Of a stretch of DNA of 50,507 nucleotides, positions 27,913-36,938 are shown piece by piece; position 1 is the stretch's first letter; every line of letters begins with the position of its first letter. The translations under genes and the position numbers were made by a program. The stretch covers positions 1-50,507 of the forward strand of contig QWQR01000003.1 of NCBI GenBank assembly GCA_003670745.1, given 5' to 3'. The notes under the pieces were generated by a model. The model had not been told where the DNA came from, did not search any database, and saw only the letters and a list, made by a program, of their open reading frames with translations. Source of the stretch: Chloroflexota bacterium (GTDB taxonomy: Bacteria; Chloroflexota; Limnocylindria; Limnocylindrales; Limnocylindraceae).

Positions 27913-28401
27913 GTGGACCTCGGCAAGAGCGTTCGGCACCGCGCGCTACGCGACCTTGTGACGCGTCGCCCCATCCGCACGCAGCGAGAGCTGGTGACGG
28001 CGCTGCGCGCCCAGGGAATCCCGGCGACGCAGGCGACGATCAGTCGCGATATCACGGAACTCGGCCTCTACAAGGCCGAGCGCGGCGGCTCCAGCGCCTA
28101 TGCGCTCCCCGCCGAGGCTGGTGTCGAGCAGACGGCAGAGGCGCGCCTTCGCTCACTCCTCGCCGATGTGCCGCTTGAGCTCTCGACGGCGGCATCGATC
28201 CTTGTGCTGCGCACCCTGCCGGGGAGCGCGCACGCGATCGCCGCCTCGCTCGACCGCCTGCGCCTCCCCGAGATCGTCGGCACCGTTGCCGGTGACGACA
28301 CCCTCTTCGTCGCCCTCAGCGACGCCACGGCGCTGCGCTCACTCCGCAGCAAACTCACCGCGCTCGCCGATCGGGGGGCCGCCGGCCGCTCTGGGCGCTA
28401 G
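27913..28401 (+). CDS. argR: Arginine repressor
   Basis: TQRELV..L...G..ATQATISRDITELG winged HTH; TLPGSAHAIA, GTVAGDDT. Confidence 0.93.
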   Translation: MDLGKSVRHRALRDLVTRRPIRTQRELVTALRAQGIPATQATISRDITELGLYKAERGGSSAYALPAEAGVEQTAEARLRSLLADVPLELSTAASILVLRTLPGSAHAIAASLDRLRLPEIVGTVAGDDTLFVALSDATALRSLRSKLTALADRGAAGRSGR

Positions 28402-28410
28402 GATTCGCCC

Positions 28411-30009
28411 ATGTATTGGGCCGATGAACTTGCTGAACGCGTCTCCGGACCCCAGGTCGTCAACGACTCCAAGACGCCGTCGGGGACCGTCCATGTTGGG
28501 AGCCTGCGCGGCCCAGTCGTTCACGATGTGATCGCCCGCGCCCTTCGCGCGCGCGGCGTGCCAGTGGAGTTCCGTTACGGCGTGGAAGATATGGACGCGA
28601 TGGACGCGCAGGCGCTCCTCACCCCCGACGCCGTCGACAAGTACATGGGGGTGCCACTCTCGCGCGTCCCTGCCCCCGAAGGGTCAACTGCAAAGAACTA
28701 CGCGCGCCACTTTGTGGAGACGCTCTTCTTCCCCACCTTCGCGCGCCTCGGCATTCGGCCGGAGTTCTACTGGCTCTCTGAGATCTACCCAACAGGAAAG
28801 ATGGACCCGTTCATGCGCACCGCACTTGATAAGGCGCAGGTGATCCGCGACCTCTATGTGCGCGTGAGCAACGTGGAGCGACCGGCCGGCTGGCTCCCCG
28901 TGCAGGTGATCTGCGAGGCGTGCGGGCGGATTGGAACAACCCTCGCCGACGATTGGGATGGCCAAACGGTGCACTATCGCTGCCTCCCCGACTACGTCGC
29001 GTGGGCGAAGGGGTGCGGTCATGAGGGACGCATCGCGCCGTTCGGTGGCGCCGCGAAGATGCCGTTCAACGTGGAGTGGGCGGCGAAGTGGTCGCTCATG
29101 GGGATCACCATTGAAGGGTGCGGCAAAGACCTTTCAACAAAGGGTGGCTCGCGCGATCGCAGCGAGGCGGTCTCGCGTGAGGTCTTTGATCGCGAGCCGC
29201 CGATCAACGTGATGTACGAGTTCCTCAACGTTGGCGGAAAGAAGATGAGCACCTCGAAGGGCCGCGGCGCCGCCGCGCACGCCGTCGCCGAGTCGATCCC
29301 GCCGAGCGCGCTCCGTTTCCTCTTCTTGCGTCCGCGCCCGAACCAGGCGATCGACTTCGACCCATCGGGGACCGACGCGATCCCACGACTCCTCGACGAG
29401 TACGACCGGATCAGTACTGCAACGGCTGGCGGGCAGGTGCGCGGCGAGCTGCCGACCGATCATGATCGGATGCACTTCTACAGCCAGATCGCCGATGCCG
29501 ACGCCGCCGCGGCGAAGGGGGCCGCCGCAGCGTGGAGACCCGCCTTTGGCCAACTCGCACTACTCCTCCAGCTTCCTGGCGTTGACGCGCGAGCGCGCGC
29601 GGCGGCGGAGAAGGGGAGCCCGCTCACGGCGAGTGAGGCGCAGGAGCTCGATGAGCGCATCGATGCGGTGCGCCACTGGCTCGCCGACTACGCGCCCGAG
29701 GAGGCGCGCATCGCGGTGCGCGATGAACTCCCTGCCGATGCGGTCGCTGCTCTCTCGCCAGAGGAGCGGGCCTGGCTCCTCGCGCTCGCCGACGCCGCCG
29801 ATGCTGCGAAGCCGAGTGGGGGAGAGGCGTGGCAGAGCCTGATCTTCACCGCCGCAAAGGAGGGGGGCCTCCCGCCGCTCCGCGCCTTCACCTCTCTCTA
29901 CGCCGCATTCCTCGGTCGCACGAACGGGCCGCGCGCAGGATGGCTCCTCGCCGCGCTCGACCACACGCTGATCGTCACGCGCCTCCGCGCCGCCGGAGCG
30001 GTGCGCTGA
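28411..30009 (+). CDS. lysS: Lysyl-tRNA synthetase, class I
   Basis: SKTPSGTVHVGSLRG (HIGH-like), CEACGR and C...C Zn knuckles, EGCGKDL, KMSTSKG, GPRAG anticodon-domain motif. Confidence 0.93.
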   Translation: MYWADELAERVSGPQVVNDSKTPSGTVHVGSLRGPVVHDVIARALRARGVPVEFRYGVEDMDAMDAQALLTPDAVDKYMGVPLSRVPAPEGSTAKNYARHFVETLFFPTFARLGIRPEFYWLSEIYPTGKMDPFMRTALDKAQVIRDLYVRVSNVERPAGWLPVQVICEACGRIGTTLADDWDGQTVHYRCLPDYVAWAKGCGHEGRIAPFGGAAKMPFNVEWAAKWSLMGITIEGCGKDLSTKGGSRDRSEAVSREVFDREPPINVMYEFLNVGGKKMSTSKGRGAAAHAVAESIPPSALRFLFLRPRPNQAIDFDPSGTDAIPRLLDEYDRISTATAGGQVRGELPTDHDRMHFYSQIADADAAAAKGAAAAWRPAFGQLALLLQLPGVDARARAAAEKGSPLTASEAQELDERIDAVRHWLADYAPEEARIAVRDELPADAVAALSPEERAWLLALADAADAAKPSGGEAWQSLIFTAAKEGGLPPLRAFTSLYAAFLGRTNGPRAGWLLAALDHTLIVTRLRAAGAVR

Positions 30010-30069
30010 GCGCCTGCGCCACGTGGCCTCTCCGCGCCGTTCCCGTGTCGCATTGAGTAGAGTGCGCGC

Positions 30070-31404
30070 ATGAGTGTTGGAGCCCAGCGACTTCGAGAGG
30101 ACGCCGAACGACTCCGTGCTGGTGCGATCGCCAAGCGCGAAGACCCTGCGCTGGTCGACGTCGCCATCGCCGCAGACGCGCAGCGGCGCGAGCTCTCCGC
30201 CGAGGTTGACGCGCTCCGCGCCGAGAAGAAGGCGCGCTCCGCTGAGGTGGGGGCGCTCCTCGCCGCCAAGACCGCCGCCGACGATCCGAAGGTTGTTGAG
30301 CTGAAGGCGGCATCGCAGGCGATCGCCACGAAGTTGAGCGGCCTTGAGGAGCGGCTCGCCGCTGCAGAGGCGGCGCTCGACGATGCACTGCTGCGCATTC
30401 CGAACCCGCCAGACCTCGACATTCCCGTCGGTGGCGCCGAAGCGAACACGACGATCCGTACCTGGGCGCCGAAGGGGCATCCGCCGATCGGCGCCGACGG
30501 CTCCGACCCTGCGACGGGCGCCGCCCCCGAGCACGATGTCGTGGGCGAGCAACTCGGCATCTTCGACCTAGAGCGCGGCGCAAAGGTTGCAGGCACCGCC
30601 TTCCCCGCGTATCGCGGCGACGGCGCAGCGCTGATCCGTGGTCTCATCAACCTCTTCCTCGACACTCACGTGCGCGAGAACGGCTTCACCGAGATCTGGT
30701 CACCGATCCTCATCAACGAGGCGTCGGCGCGCGGCACCGGGCAGATCCCCGACAAGGAGGATCAGATGTACGTGGTCGGCCGTGATGGCTTCTACCTCGC
30801 CCCCACCGCTGAGGTCCCCGTTACCAACCTGCACCGCGACGAGATCCTCAACGGCGCTGAGTTGCCGATTCGCTACGCCGCGTACACCCCCTGCTTCCGT
30901 CGCGAGGCCGGCGCCGCTGGGCGCGAGACGCGCGGGATCCTGCGCCTGCACCAGTTCGACAAGGTGGAGATGGTCAGCTTCGAGCGTCCCGCCGACTCTG
31001 CCGCGGCGCTGGAGTGGCTCACCGGTCGCGCCGAGATCTTGCTGCAGCGTCTTGAGCTGCCGTATCGCGTCTTACTCATGGCGACTGGCGACATGGGATT
31101 CGTGCAGATGCGCAAGTACGACCTTGAGGTCTGGGCGGCGGGCTCAAAGCGCTGGCTCGAGGTCTCGTCATGCTCGAACTTTGGCGACTATCAGGCGCGC
31201 CGCATGGCGATCCGTTACCGCGCTGAGTCGGGGGCAAAGCCGGAGCTTGTTCACACGCTGAACGGTTCGGGGCTCGCGATCCCGCGCGTCCTCGCGGCGC
31301 TCCTCGAGAATGGCGCGCAGCCCGACGGGAGCGTCAAGCTCCCCGCCGTGTTGCATCCGTATCTTGGTGGGCGCACGCACCTTCAGCCGCCTTCGCGGGC
31401 GTAG
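30070..31404 (+). CDS. serS: Seryl-tRNA synthetase
   Basis: N-terminal coiled coil, YLAPTAEVP, CFRREAG, RLHQFDKVE, EVSSCSNFGDYQARR, TLNGSGLA. Confidence 0.97.
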   Translation: MSVGAQRLREDAERLRAGAIAKREDPALVDVAIAADAQRRELSAEVDALRAEKKARSAEVGALLAAKTAADDPKVVELKAASQAIATKLSGLEERLAAAEAALDDALLRIPNPPDLDIPVGGAEANTTIRTWAPKGHPPIGADGSDPATGAAPEHDVVGEQLGIFDLERGAKVAGTAFPAYRGDGAALIRGLINLFLDTHVRENGFTEIWSPILINEASARGTGQIPDKEDQMYVVGRDGFYLAPTAEVPVTNLHRDEILNGAELPIRYAAYTPCFRREAGAAGRETRGILRLHQFDKVEMVSFERPADSAAALEWLTGRAEILLQRLELPYRVLLMATGDMGFVQMRKYDLEVWAAGSKRWLEVSSCSNFGDYQARRMAIRYRAESGAKPELVHTLNGSGLAIPRVLAALLENGAQPDGSVKLPAVLHPYLGGRTHLQPPSRA

Positions 31405-31409
31405 CGCGC

Positions 31410-31865
31410 ATGACCGCAACACGTGCCGAACTACTGGCGACCCTCGACGCGGCGCGCAGCGCGCTCGACGCCGCAATCACACGCACCCCACCTGCCGCAT
31501 GGGGGGAACGCGTTGACGGTGAGCTGACGCGCAAGGACCTCCTCGCGCATATCGAGTGGTGGGAGCGGCGCGGGAGCTACGTGATTGGCGTGCTAAAGAG
31601 TGGCGGCGTGCCGCACCGCACCGCCGAGTCGCTCGACGCGTTGAATGCTCGCGTGTTGAGCGAGAGCAGGGGGCGCGACGCCGCCGAGGTCCGCGCCTCC
31701 GAAGCGGGGGCGTGGTGGGAGCTGCGAGCAGCGATTGCGACCCTCAGCGAGACGGACCTCTTCTCGGCGAGTGCCTTCCCGTGGCTCGAGGGTGAGTCGC
31801 TCGCGCAGATGGTGGAGGTCGAGAGCAACGCGCACTGGGCCGACCACATCGCGCACTTCGGATAG
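31410..31865 (+). CDS. DinB/YfiT-like four-helix-bundle protein (ClbS/DfsB-like)
   Basis: LTRKDLLAHIEWWE and C-terminal HWADH: the His arrangement typical of the DinB superfamily. Confidence 0.7.
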   Translation: MTATRAELLATLDAARSALDAAITRTPPAAWGERVDGELTRKDLLAHIEWWERRGSYVIGVLKSGGVPHRTAESLDALNARVLSESRGRDAAEVRASEAGAWWELRAAIATLSETDLFSASAFPWLEGESLAQMVEVESNAHWADHIAHFG

Positions 31866-31875
31866 AATCGCCGGC

Positions 31876-31967
31876 GGAGGGGTGCCGGAGCGGTTGATCG
31901 GAGCTGTCTTGAAAACAGCCCAGGTCGGAAACGGCCTGCGGGGGTTCGAATCCCTCCCCCTCCGCCA
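31876..31967 (+). tRNA. tRNA-Ser(TGA)
   Basis: Acceptor GGAGGGG/CCCCTCC, anticodon arm GCTGT-ctTGAaa-ACAGC, long variable arm, GTTCGAATC, GCCA end; TAGAAT upstream. Confidence 0.95.
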
Positions 31968-32068
31968 CCCTTACTGCTCCACAACCACTGCGCAGGTGCG
32001 ATACAACGCTGCGCGTCAGCAGACGGCGCGCATCAGCAGGCACGGCTCGTGAATAGCGTGTGCCGCCG

Positions 32069-32326
32069 ATGATCTCTCCTGGGCTCTGTGCTGGCTGTCA
32101 GCATGCTCGGCTCCTGCGCAGCGGCAAGGGGTCGCACTTCGTGCGCTGCGGGCGCTCCGACCGTGAGGCCGACTACCCGCGCTATCCGCGCCTCCCCGTG
32201 ATGCGTTGCGCCGGCTTCGAGCAGTTGCCAGGCGACCAGAGCGAAGCGGCTAGCGGCGATGCTCCTCAGCACGACGCGTCGCCGCCATCAGCAGCTCCCA
32301 GATCGCCCGAAGATCCTCAGCGCTGA
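32069..32326 (+). CDS. Small Cys-rich hypothetical protein
   Basis: GLCAGCQHAR...SG.GS.F..C......YPRYPRLPV.RC.GF. Resembles a small conserved bacterial protein pattern from memory; start could also be 32060. Confidence 0.6.
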   Translation: MISPGLCAGCQHARLLRSGKGSHFVRCGRSDREADYPRYPRLPVMRCAGFEQLPGDQSEAASGDAPQHDASPPSAAPRSPEDPQR

Positions 32327-32528
32327 GCGGCGCGGCGCCGTGCGCAGCGATGCGCTCAAGGAGCGCCGCCTCGCGCGCTGGATCGCGTACCGGGCGGCCG
32401 AGCTCGGCTTTCGCGGCGCCGGCATCAACGCCGAGCTGCGCCCGCTCGGCGAGGAGTTCGAGGAGACGCACGTCAATCGCGTCGATCGCTGCGCGAATCT
32501 CAGCGAGGCGCTGCTCTGCGTCGCTCAT
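32250..32528 (-). CDS. Monofunctional chorismate mutase (AroQ class)
   Basis: LAEIRAAIDAIDVRLLELLAERAQL, K...RPVRDPARE; last gene of the aro operon. Confidence 0.9.
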   Translation of the reverse strand: MSDAEQRLAEIRAAIDAIDVRLLELLAERAQLGVDAGAAKAELGRPVRDPAREAALLERIAAHGAAPLSAEDLRAIWELLMAATRRAEEHRR

Positions 32529-33052
32529 GCGCCGCTCCCGCCAGCGGCACGCACCTCGGCGCGGAGATCGGCGATCAGTTGCACCGCAACCTCGTAGCCG
32601 GCGGCGCCCTGGCCGCGCACCTTGATCGCGGCAACATCTTCGACGAGGTTCACGCGGCGGAACGACTCGCGCTCGGCGGGGTCAGAGAGGTGCAGTTCGG
32701 CGAAGGGTCGCTCGACGGCGAGGAGTGCGTCGCGCAGGCTGACGCTGGTGTGGGTGAGGCCACCCGGATTGATCAGGACCCAGTCAAAGTCGCGACGATG
32801 CAGCCGGTCGATGAGTACACCCTCGTGATTCGACTGCAGCGCCTCGACGAGGCGGAGCCCAGCGGCCGACGCCGCGCTTGCGACGCGCCCCTCAATCTCA
32901 GCGAGGGTGGTGGTGCCGTAGATCTCGGGCTCGCGTTCGCCGAGCAGGTTGAGGCTCGGCCCGCTGAGCATCAGGAGGCGATCGCCGGTCGCGTGGGCTC
33001 GCGCTCGCGCGGGGAGCTCCTGCGCCATTATTCGCTTCGCGGATGCGCTCAT
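32525..33052 (-). CDS. aroQ: Type II 3-dehydroquinate dehydratase
   Basis: GPSLNLLGEREPEIYG, QSNHEG, INPGGLTHTS..LRDA, ELHLS. Confidence 0.92.
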   Translation of the reverse strand: MSASAKRIMAQELPARARAHATGDRLLMLSGPSLNLLGEREPEIYGTTTLAEIEGRVASAASAAGLRLVEALQSNHEGVLIDRLHRRDFDWVLINPGGLTHTSVSLRDALLAVERPFAELHLSDPAERESFRRVNLVEDVAAIKVRGQGAAGYEVAVQLIADLRAEVRAAGGSGA

Positions 33053-33073
33053 TGATCGCTCCTCACCCTCTGA

Positions 33074-34780
33074 CTACCGCTGAGTTGTAGTGCGCTGCGC
33101 TGCTCGACCGGCGAGCGCCGCCGTCACAGCGCTCTCGACGAGGCTAGCAGGGAGATCGTCACGCACGGTGTACCCGTCGCCCGTGGGCAGCACCCAGCGG
33201 ATCTTTCCTGCGGCAACCTTTTTGTCGCGCTGGGCGATTGTGAGGAGGTCGGCGGCGCGCTCGCTGCGCGGGGCGACGCCGAGCCCGAGACGATCGAGGA
33301 GCGCCGTTGCGCGCTCGGCACGTGGCCGAGGGGTGACGCCGAGCTCCACGCCGATATGAAGCGCCGCGCGCAGCCCGTAGCCGACCGCCTCGCCGTGAAG
33401 GATCCCGCTGTAGTCGGTCGCCTGCTCAAGGGCGTGGGCGAGGGTGTGGCCAAGGTTGAGGCTGATGCGTCCCGACGCCTCGCGCTCGTCACCGCGCACC
33501 ACCTCGCACTTCCACCAGCCGGCGCGCTCCACGATCTCTGCGAGCGTACCGTCGTCGTGCACGCTCTGGTCGGCGGCCGTAAGGCGTTCCGCCGCCGACT
33601 CAAGGAGTGCGAAGAGTCGCTCGTCGCCGAGGAGCGCGATCTTCGCCGCCTCGCCGAGCGCGGCGACGATCTCGCGAGCGGGGAGCGATCGGAGCGCGCG
33701 TAGATCAGCGATCACGGCGCGTGGTTGATGGAAGGCACCGATAAGGTTCTTCCCTTCAGGGAGATCGACTCCGGTCTTTCCGCCGAGTGAGGCGTCGAGC
33801 TGACCAGCGAGCGTTGTCGGCATGGCGATCCAGTCAATCCCCCGCAGGTAGAGTGCGGCCAGCATCCCTGCTGCGTCGGTGAGTGCACCACCTCCGATCG
33901 CGACGATCAGGTCGCCGCGCTCAACCCCCGCGCGCGCGAGCGTGCTCGCCGCGGCGCCGATCACCTCGAGACGTTTCGCCGCCTCGCCGCTCGGCAGGTC
34001 GACGCGGACGATCTCGATCCCTGCATCGCGAATCGCCGCTTCGGCCGTGTCGCCGAGGGCACGCGCCGCGTTCGGTTCGGTCACGATGACGACACGCGCC
34101 GCGCGGCGCGCCCGCAGTTCACGCAACAGCGCGCTCGCGGCGATCCCTTCACCGAGAATCCAACGCCCAGTGGGCAGCGCCGCATCGATGAGGCGTCGCT
34201 CGGGTGTCGGCTGCGCTGTGATGAGGCGGAGCGCTTCGTCGGCGAGCGAGGCGGGGTTGCGCGCGCTTGTGAGGCGCAGCCCGGTGGCATAGAAGCGCTC
34301 GCGCTCGGCGCGCAGGCGTGGCAGGTGGCGGAGCGGGTCTTCGCCGCGGAAGATTGGCCGCACGACCTTCGCCTCACGGAGTCGCGCGGCGATCGCACTG
34401 TTGGGGGCGTCGATCCAGAGGAGGTGCGCCTTTCCAGCGAGCGCCCAGCGGTTGCGTGGGTCGATCAGTGCCCCGCCACCGAGCGAGACGATGCGGTCGA
34501 TGCCGAGCGCCGCCGCCTCGCCGCGCGCTGCGTCGGTTGCTGCGCCGCTTGTGGCTGGGGCGTTGGCTGCGGTCAGCGCCGCGATCGCGGCGCGCTCTCG
34601 GGCGCGAAATCCGTCCTCCCCCTCGCGGGCGAAGATCTTCTCGGCGTTGTCATCGGGCACCCCCGTCTCCGCGATGATCACGCGGTCAAGGTCGAGGTAG
34701 GGGAGCGAGAGTCGCGTCGCGAGCTTGCGCCCAAGCGAGCTCTTGCCGGCGCCAGGGAGGCCGACGAGGATCAGGTCCAC
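33074..34780 (-). CDS. aroKB: Shikimate kinase / 3-dehydroquinate synthase fusion (AroK-AroB)
   Basis: N-terminal GLPGAGKS, DLD, EGEDGFRARE, LGGG; C-terminal GEAAK, GGGALTD, PTTLAGQLDASLGGKTG, KNLIGAFH, NLGHTLAHA, HGEAV. Confidence 0.93.
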   Translation of the reverse strand: MDLILVGLPGAGKSSLGRKLATRLSLPYLDLDRVIIAETGVPDDNAEKIFAREGEDGFRARERAAIAALTAANAPATSGAATDAARGEAAALGIDRIVSLGGGALIDPRNRWALAGKAHLLWIDAPNSAIAARLREAKVVRPIFRGEDPLRHLPRLRAERERFYATGLRLTSARNPASLADEALRLITAQPTPERRLIDAALPTGRWILGEGIAASALLRELRARRAARVVIVTEPNAARALGDTAEAAIRDAGIEIVRVDLPSGEAAKRLEVIGAAASTLARAGVERGDLIVAIGGGALTDAAGMLAALYLRGIDWIAMPTTLAGQLDASLGGKTGVDLPEGKNLIGAFHQPRAVIADLRALRSLPAREIVAALGEAAKIALLGDERLFALLESAAERLTAADQSVHDDGTLAEIVERAGWWKCEVVRGDEREASGRISLNLGHTLAHALEQATDYSGILHGEAVGYGLRAALHIGVELGVTPRPRAERATALLDRLGLGVAPRSERAADLLTIAQRDKKVAAGKIRWVLPTGDGYTVRDDLPASLVESAVTAALAGRAAQRTTTQR

Positions 34781-34788
34781 GATCGCCT

Positions 34789-36084
34789 CTAGTCGTCGCC
34801 GCCAGAGCCGGCGGCACTCGTACCGCTCGCATCGGTCTCTGGGTCGCTAGCGGCGCTGGCACCTGGTGCCGGCGTGCGTCGCGGGGCGGCCTGTCGGGCG
34901 CGGAGTGCGGCGAGGTTCGCCTCGATCTCTTCCAGCGAATCGCCGCCGAGCTTCTCAAGGAGGAACGGCACGATGGAGAGTGCAGCCATCGCCTCACCGA
35001 TCACCCCCGCGGCGGGAACGACGCTGATGTCGGAGCGCTCGTAGTGCGCCTTCTCGACCTTCTCGCCAGTGATCAGGTCAGCAGATGGGAGCGGACGTGC
35101 GAGGGTGCTGATCGGCTTCACGGCGCCACGGATCACGAGCGGCTCGCCGTTCGTGACGCCGCCGGTGAGGCCGCCCGCTCGGTTCGTGCGGTGCACCCAG
35201 GTTCCGTCGGGCTTGCGCCCCTCAATCACGTCGTGAACCTCGGAGCCGAAGATGCGCGTCTGCTCGAAGCCGAGACCAAACTCGACACCCTTCACACTCT
35301 GGATGCTTGCCATTGCGCCGGCGAGCGCCGTGTCGAGGCGACGATCCCAATGCACGTGTGAGCCGAGGCCGATTGGCAGCCCCTTCACCACCACCTCAAA
35401 GATGCCGCCGACGGTGTTTCCCGCCTCGCGTGCCGCATCAATGCGGGCGATCATGCGCTCTTCGGCCGCCGGATCGGGGCAGCGGAGCGGGCTCTCCTCA
35501 CTCTCGGCGCGACTGCGGGTGCAGCTCTTCGGATCGACGGCGACACCACCAACCTCGGCGGTGAATGACCAGATCTCCACGCCGAGTGCGCCGAGCAGCG
35601 CCTTTGCCACGCCGCCGGCTGCAACGCGGGCTGCGGTCTCGCGCGCCGAGGCGCGCTCGAGCACGTTGCGCACATCGTCGAATCCGTACTTCAGCGCGCC
35701 CGCAAGGTCGACGTGGCCGGGGCGCACGCGCGTCACGGGGATCGCGCGCTTCGTCCCGTCAGCAGCTGCGGCTGCGAGTTCAGCCGACTGATCGCTGCTC
35801 AACGGCTCAACCTGCATCACACGAGTCCAGTTCTCCCAGTCGCGGTTCTCGATGAGCAGCAGGATCGGCGAGCCAAGGGTTCGGCCGTGACGCACGCCGC
35901 TACGAATGCGGGCGCGATCCTGCTCGATCTTCTGACGTGCGCCGCGACCGTAGCCGCCCTGACGGCGGCGCAGATCCACCTCGAGGTCGCCCTCCGTGAG
36001 CGGGACGCCTGCGGGCATCCCTTCGACGATCACGCCGAGTTCGGGGCCGTGAGATTCGCCTGCGGTGAGGAATCGGAACGTCAT
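34789..36084 (-). CDS. aroC: Chorismate synthase
   Basis: TAGESHGP, RRQGGYGRG, RPGHVD, ERASARET, SIQSVKGVEFG, NRAGGLTGG, KPISTL, RSDIS.VPAA. Confidence 0.97.
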   Translation of the reverse strand: MTFRFLTAGESHGPELGVIVEGMPAGVPLTEGDLEVDLRRRQGGYGRGARQKIEQDRARIRSGVRHGRTLGSPILLLIENRDWENWTRVMQVEPLSSDQSAELAAAAADGTKRAIPVTRVRPGHVDLAGALKYGFDDVRNVLERASARETAARVAAGGVAKALLGALGVEIWSFTAEVGGVAVDPKSCTRSRAESEESPLRCPDPAAEERMIARIDAAREAGNTVGGIFEVVVKGLPIGLGSHVHWDRRLDTALAGAMASIQSVKGVEFGLGFEQTRIFGSEVHDVIEGRKPDGTWVHRTNRAGGLTGGVTNGEPLVIRGAVKPISTLARPLPSADLITGEKVEKAHYERSDISVVPAAGVIGEAMAALSIVPFLLEKLGGDSLEEIEANLAALRARQAAPRRTPAPGASAASDPETDASGTSAAGSGGDD

Positions 36085-36938
36085 GACTTCCCTCCTGTTC
36101 CCTTCAATAATGCCGTCTCCAGAGCCGCGCGCATCACGGCGATCGGTGCAACCCGTCCGGTCCAGAGGGTGAAGGCCGCCGCCCCCTGCCCGAGGAGCAT
36201 CTCGCGGCCATCAATCGCCTCGGCGCCGCCGGCGCGCGCGGCGCGCACGAGCGGGGTCTCGTCTGGCCCGTAGGCGAGATCGATCACCAGCTGCCCAGCG
36301 TGAAAGGCTCCTGCAGGGAGTGGCGACTCGCCCTTCAAGCCGAGGCTGGTGGCGTTGATGATGAGCCCGGCGCGCGTCGCCTCGTCGGCGAGGACGCTCT
36401 CGTGCCAGGGGACGGGCCGCAGGGTGAGGTGCGGTGCGGCCGCCGAGACCGCCCGCGCCAACTTCTCGCCGCGATGGAGGTGGCGGTTCGCAATCGCGAT
36501 GCGCGCCGCACCAGAGGTCGCGAGGACGGCGAGGACGGCACGAGCACCGCCACCGGCGCCGAGGAGGAGCACGTCGCGGGGTGGCTGGCGGCCGTCGACG
36601 AGCAGCTCGAGGGCGCTGCGGAAGCCGGTCACGTCGGTATTGCGTCCGATCAGTCGTGCCCCTGCGCGGACGATCGTGTTCACCGCACCGACCGCCGTCG
36701 CCTCCTCATCGATCGTGTCGAGGAGCGAGCCGATCGCCTCCTTATGGGGGATCGTGACGTTGGCGCCGATCGCGTCGGGGTCGGCGCGAAGGGCGGCGAC
36801 CGCCTCTGCGAGGTCGCCAGGCGCGACGTTACGCAGTTCGTAGCGGACCGGGAGGTGCTCATGGTCGAACGCCGCCTGCTGAAAGGCGGGGGAGAGGCTG
36901 TGCGCGACCGGATGGCCAAAGAGGAGGGCGTGCTTCAT
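36081..36938 (-). CDS. aroE: Shikimate dehydrogenase
   Basis: GHPVAHSLSP, GANVTIPHK, GAVNT, NTD, GAGGGARA, NRH, NATSLG, DLAY. Confidence 0.95.
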   Translation of the reverse strand: MKHALLFGHPVAHSLSPAFQQAAFDHEHLPVRYELRNVAPGDLAEAVAALRADPDAIGANVTIPHKEAIGSLLDTIDEEATAVGAVNTIVRAGARLIGRNTDVTGFRSALELLVDGRQPPRDVLLLGAGGGARAVLAVLATSGAARIAIANRHLHRGEKLARAVSAAAPHLTLRPVPWHESVLADEATRAGLIINATSLGLKGESPLPAGAFHAGQLVIDLAYGPDETPLVRAARAGGAEAIDGREMLLGQGAAAFTLWTGRVAPIAVMRAALETALLKGTGGKS

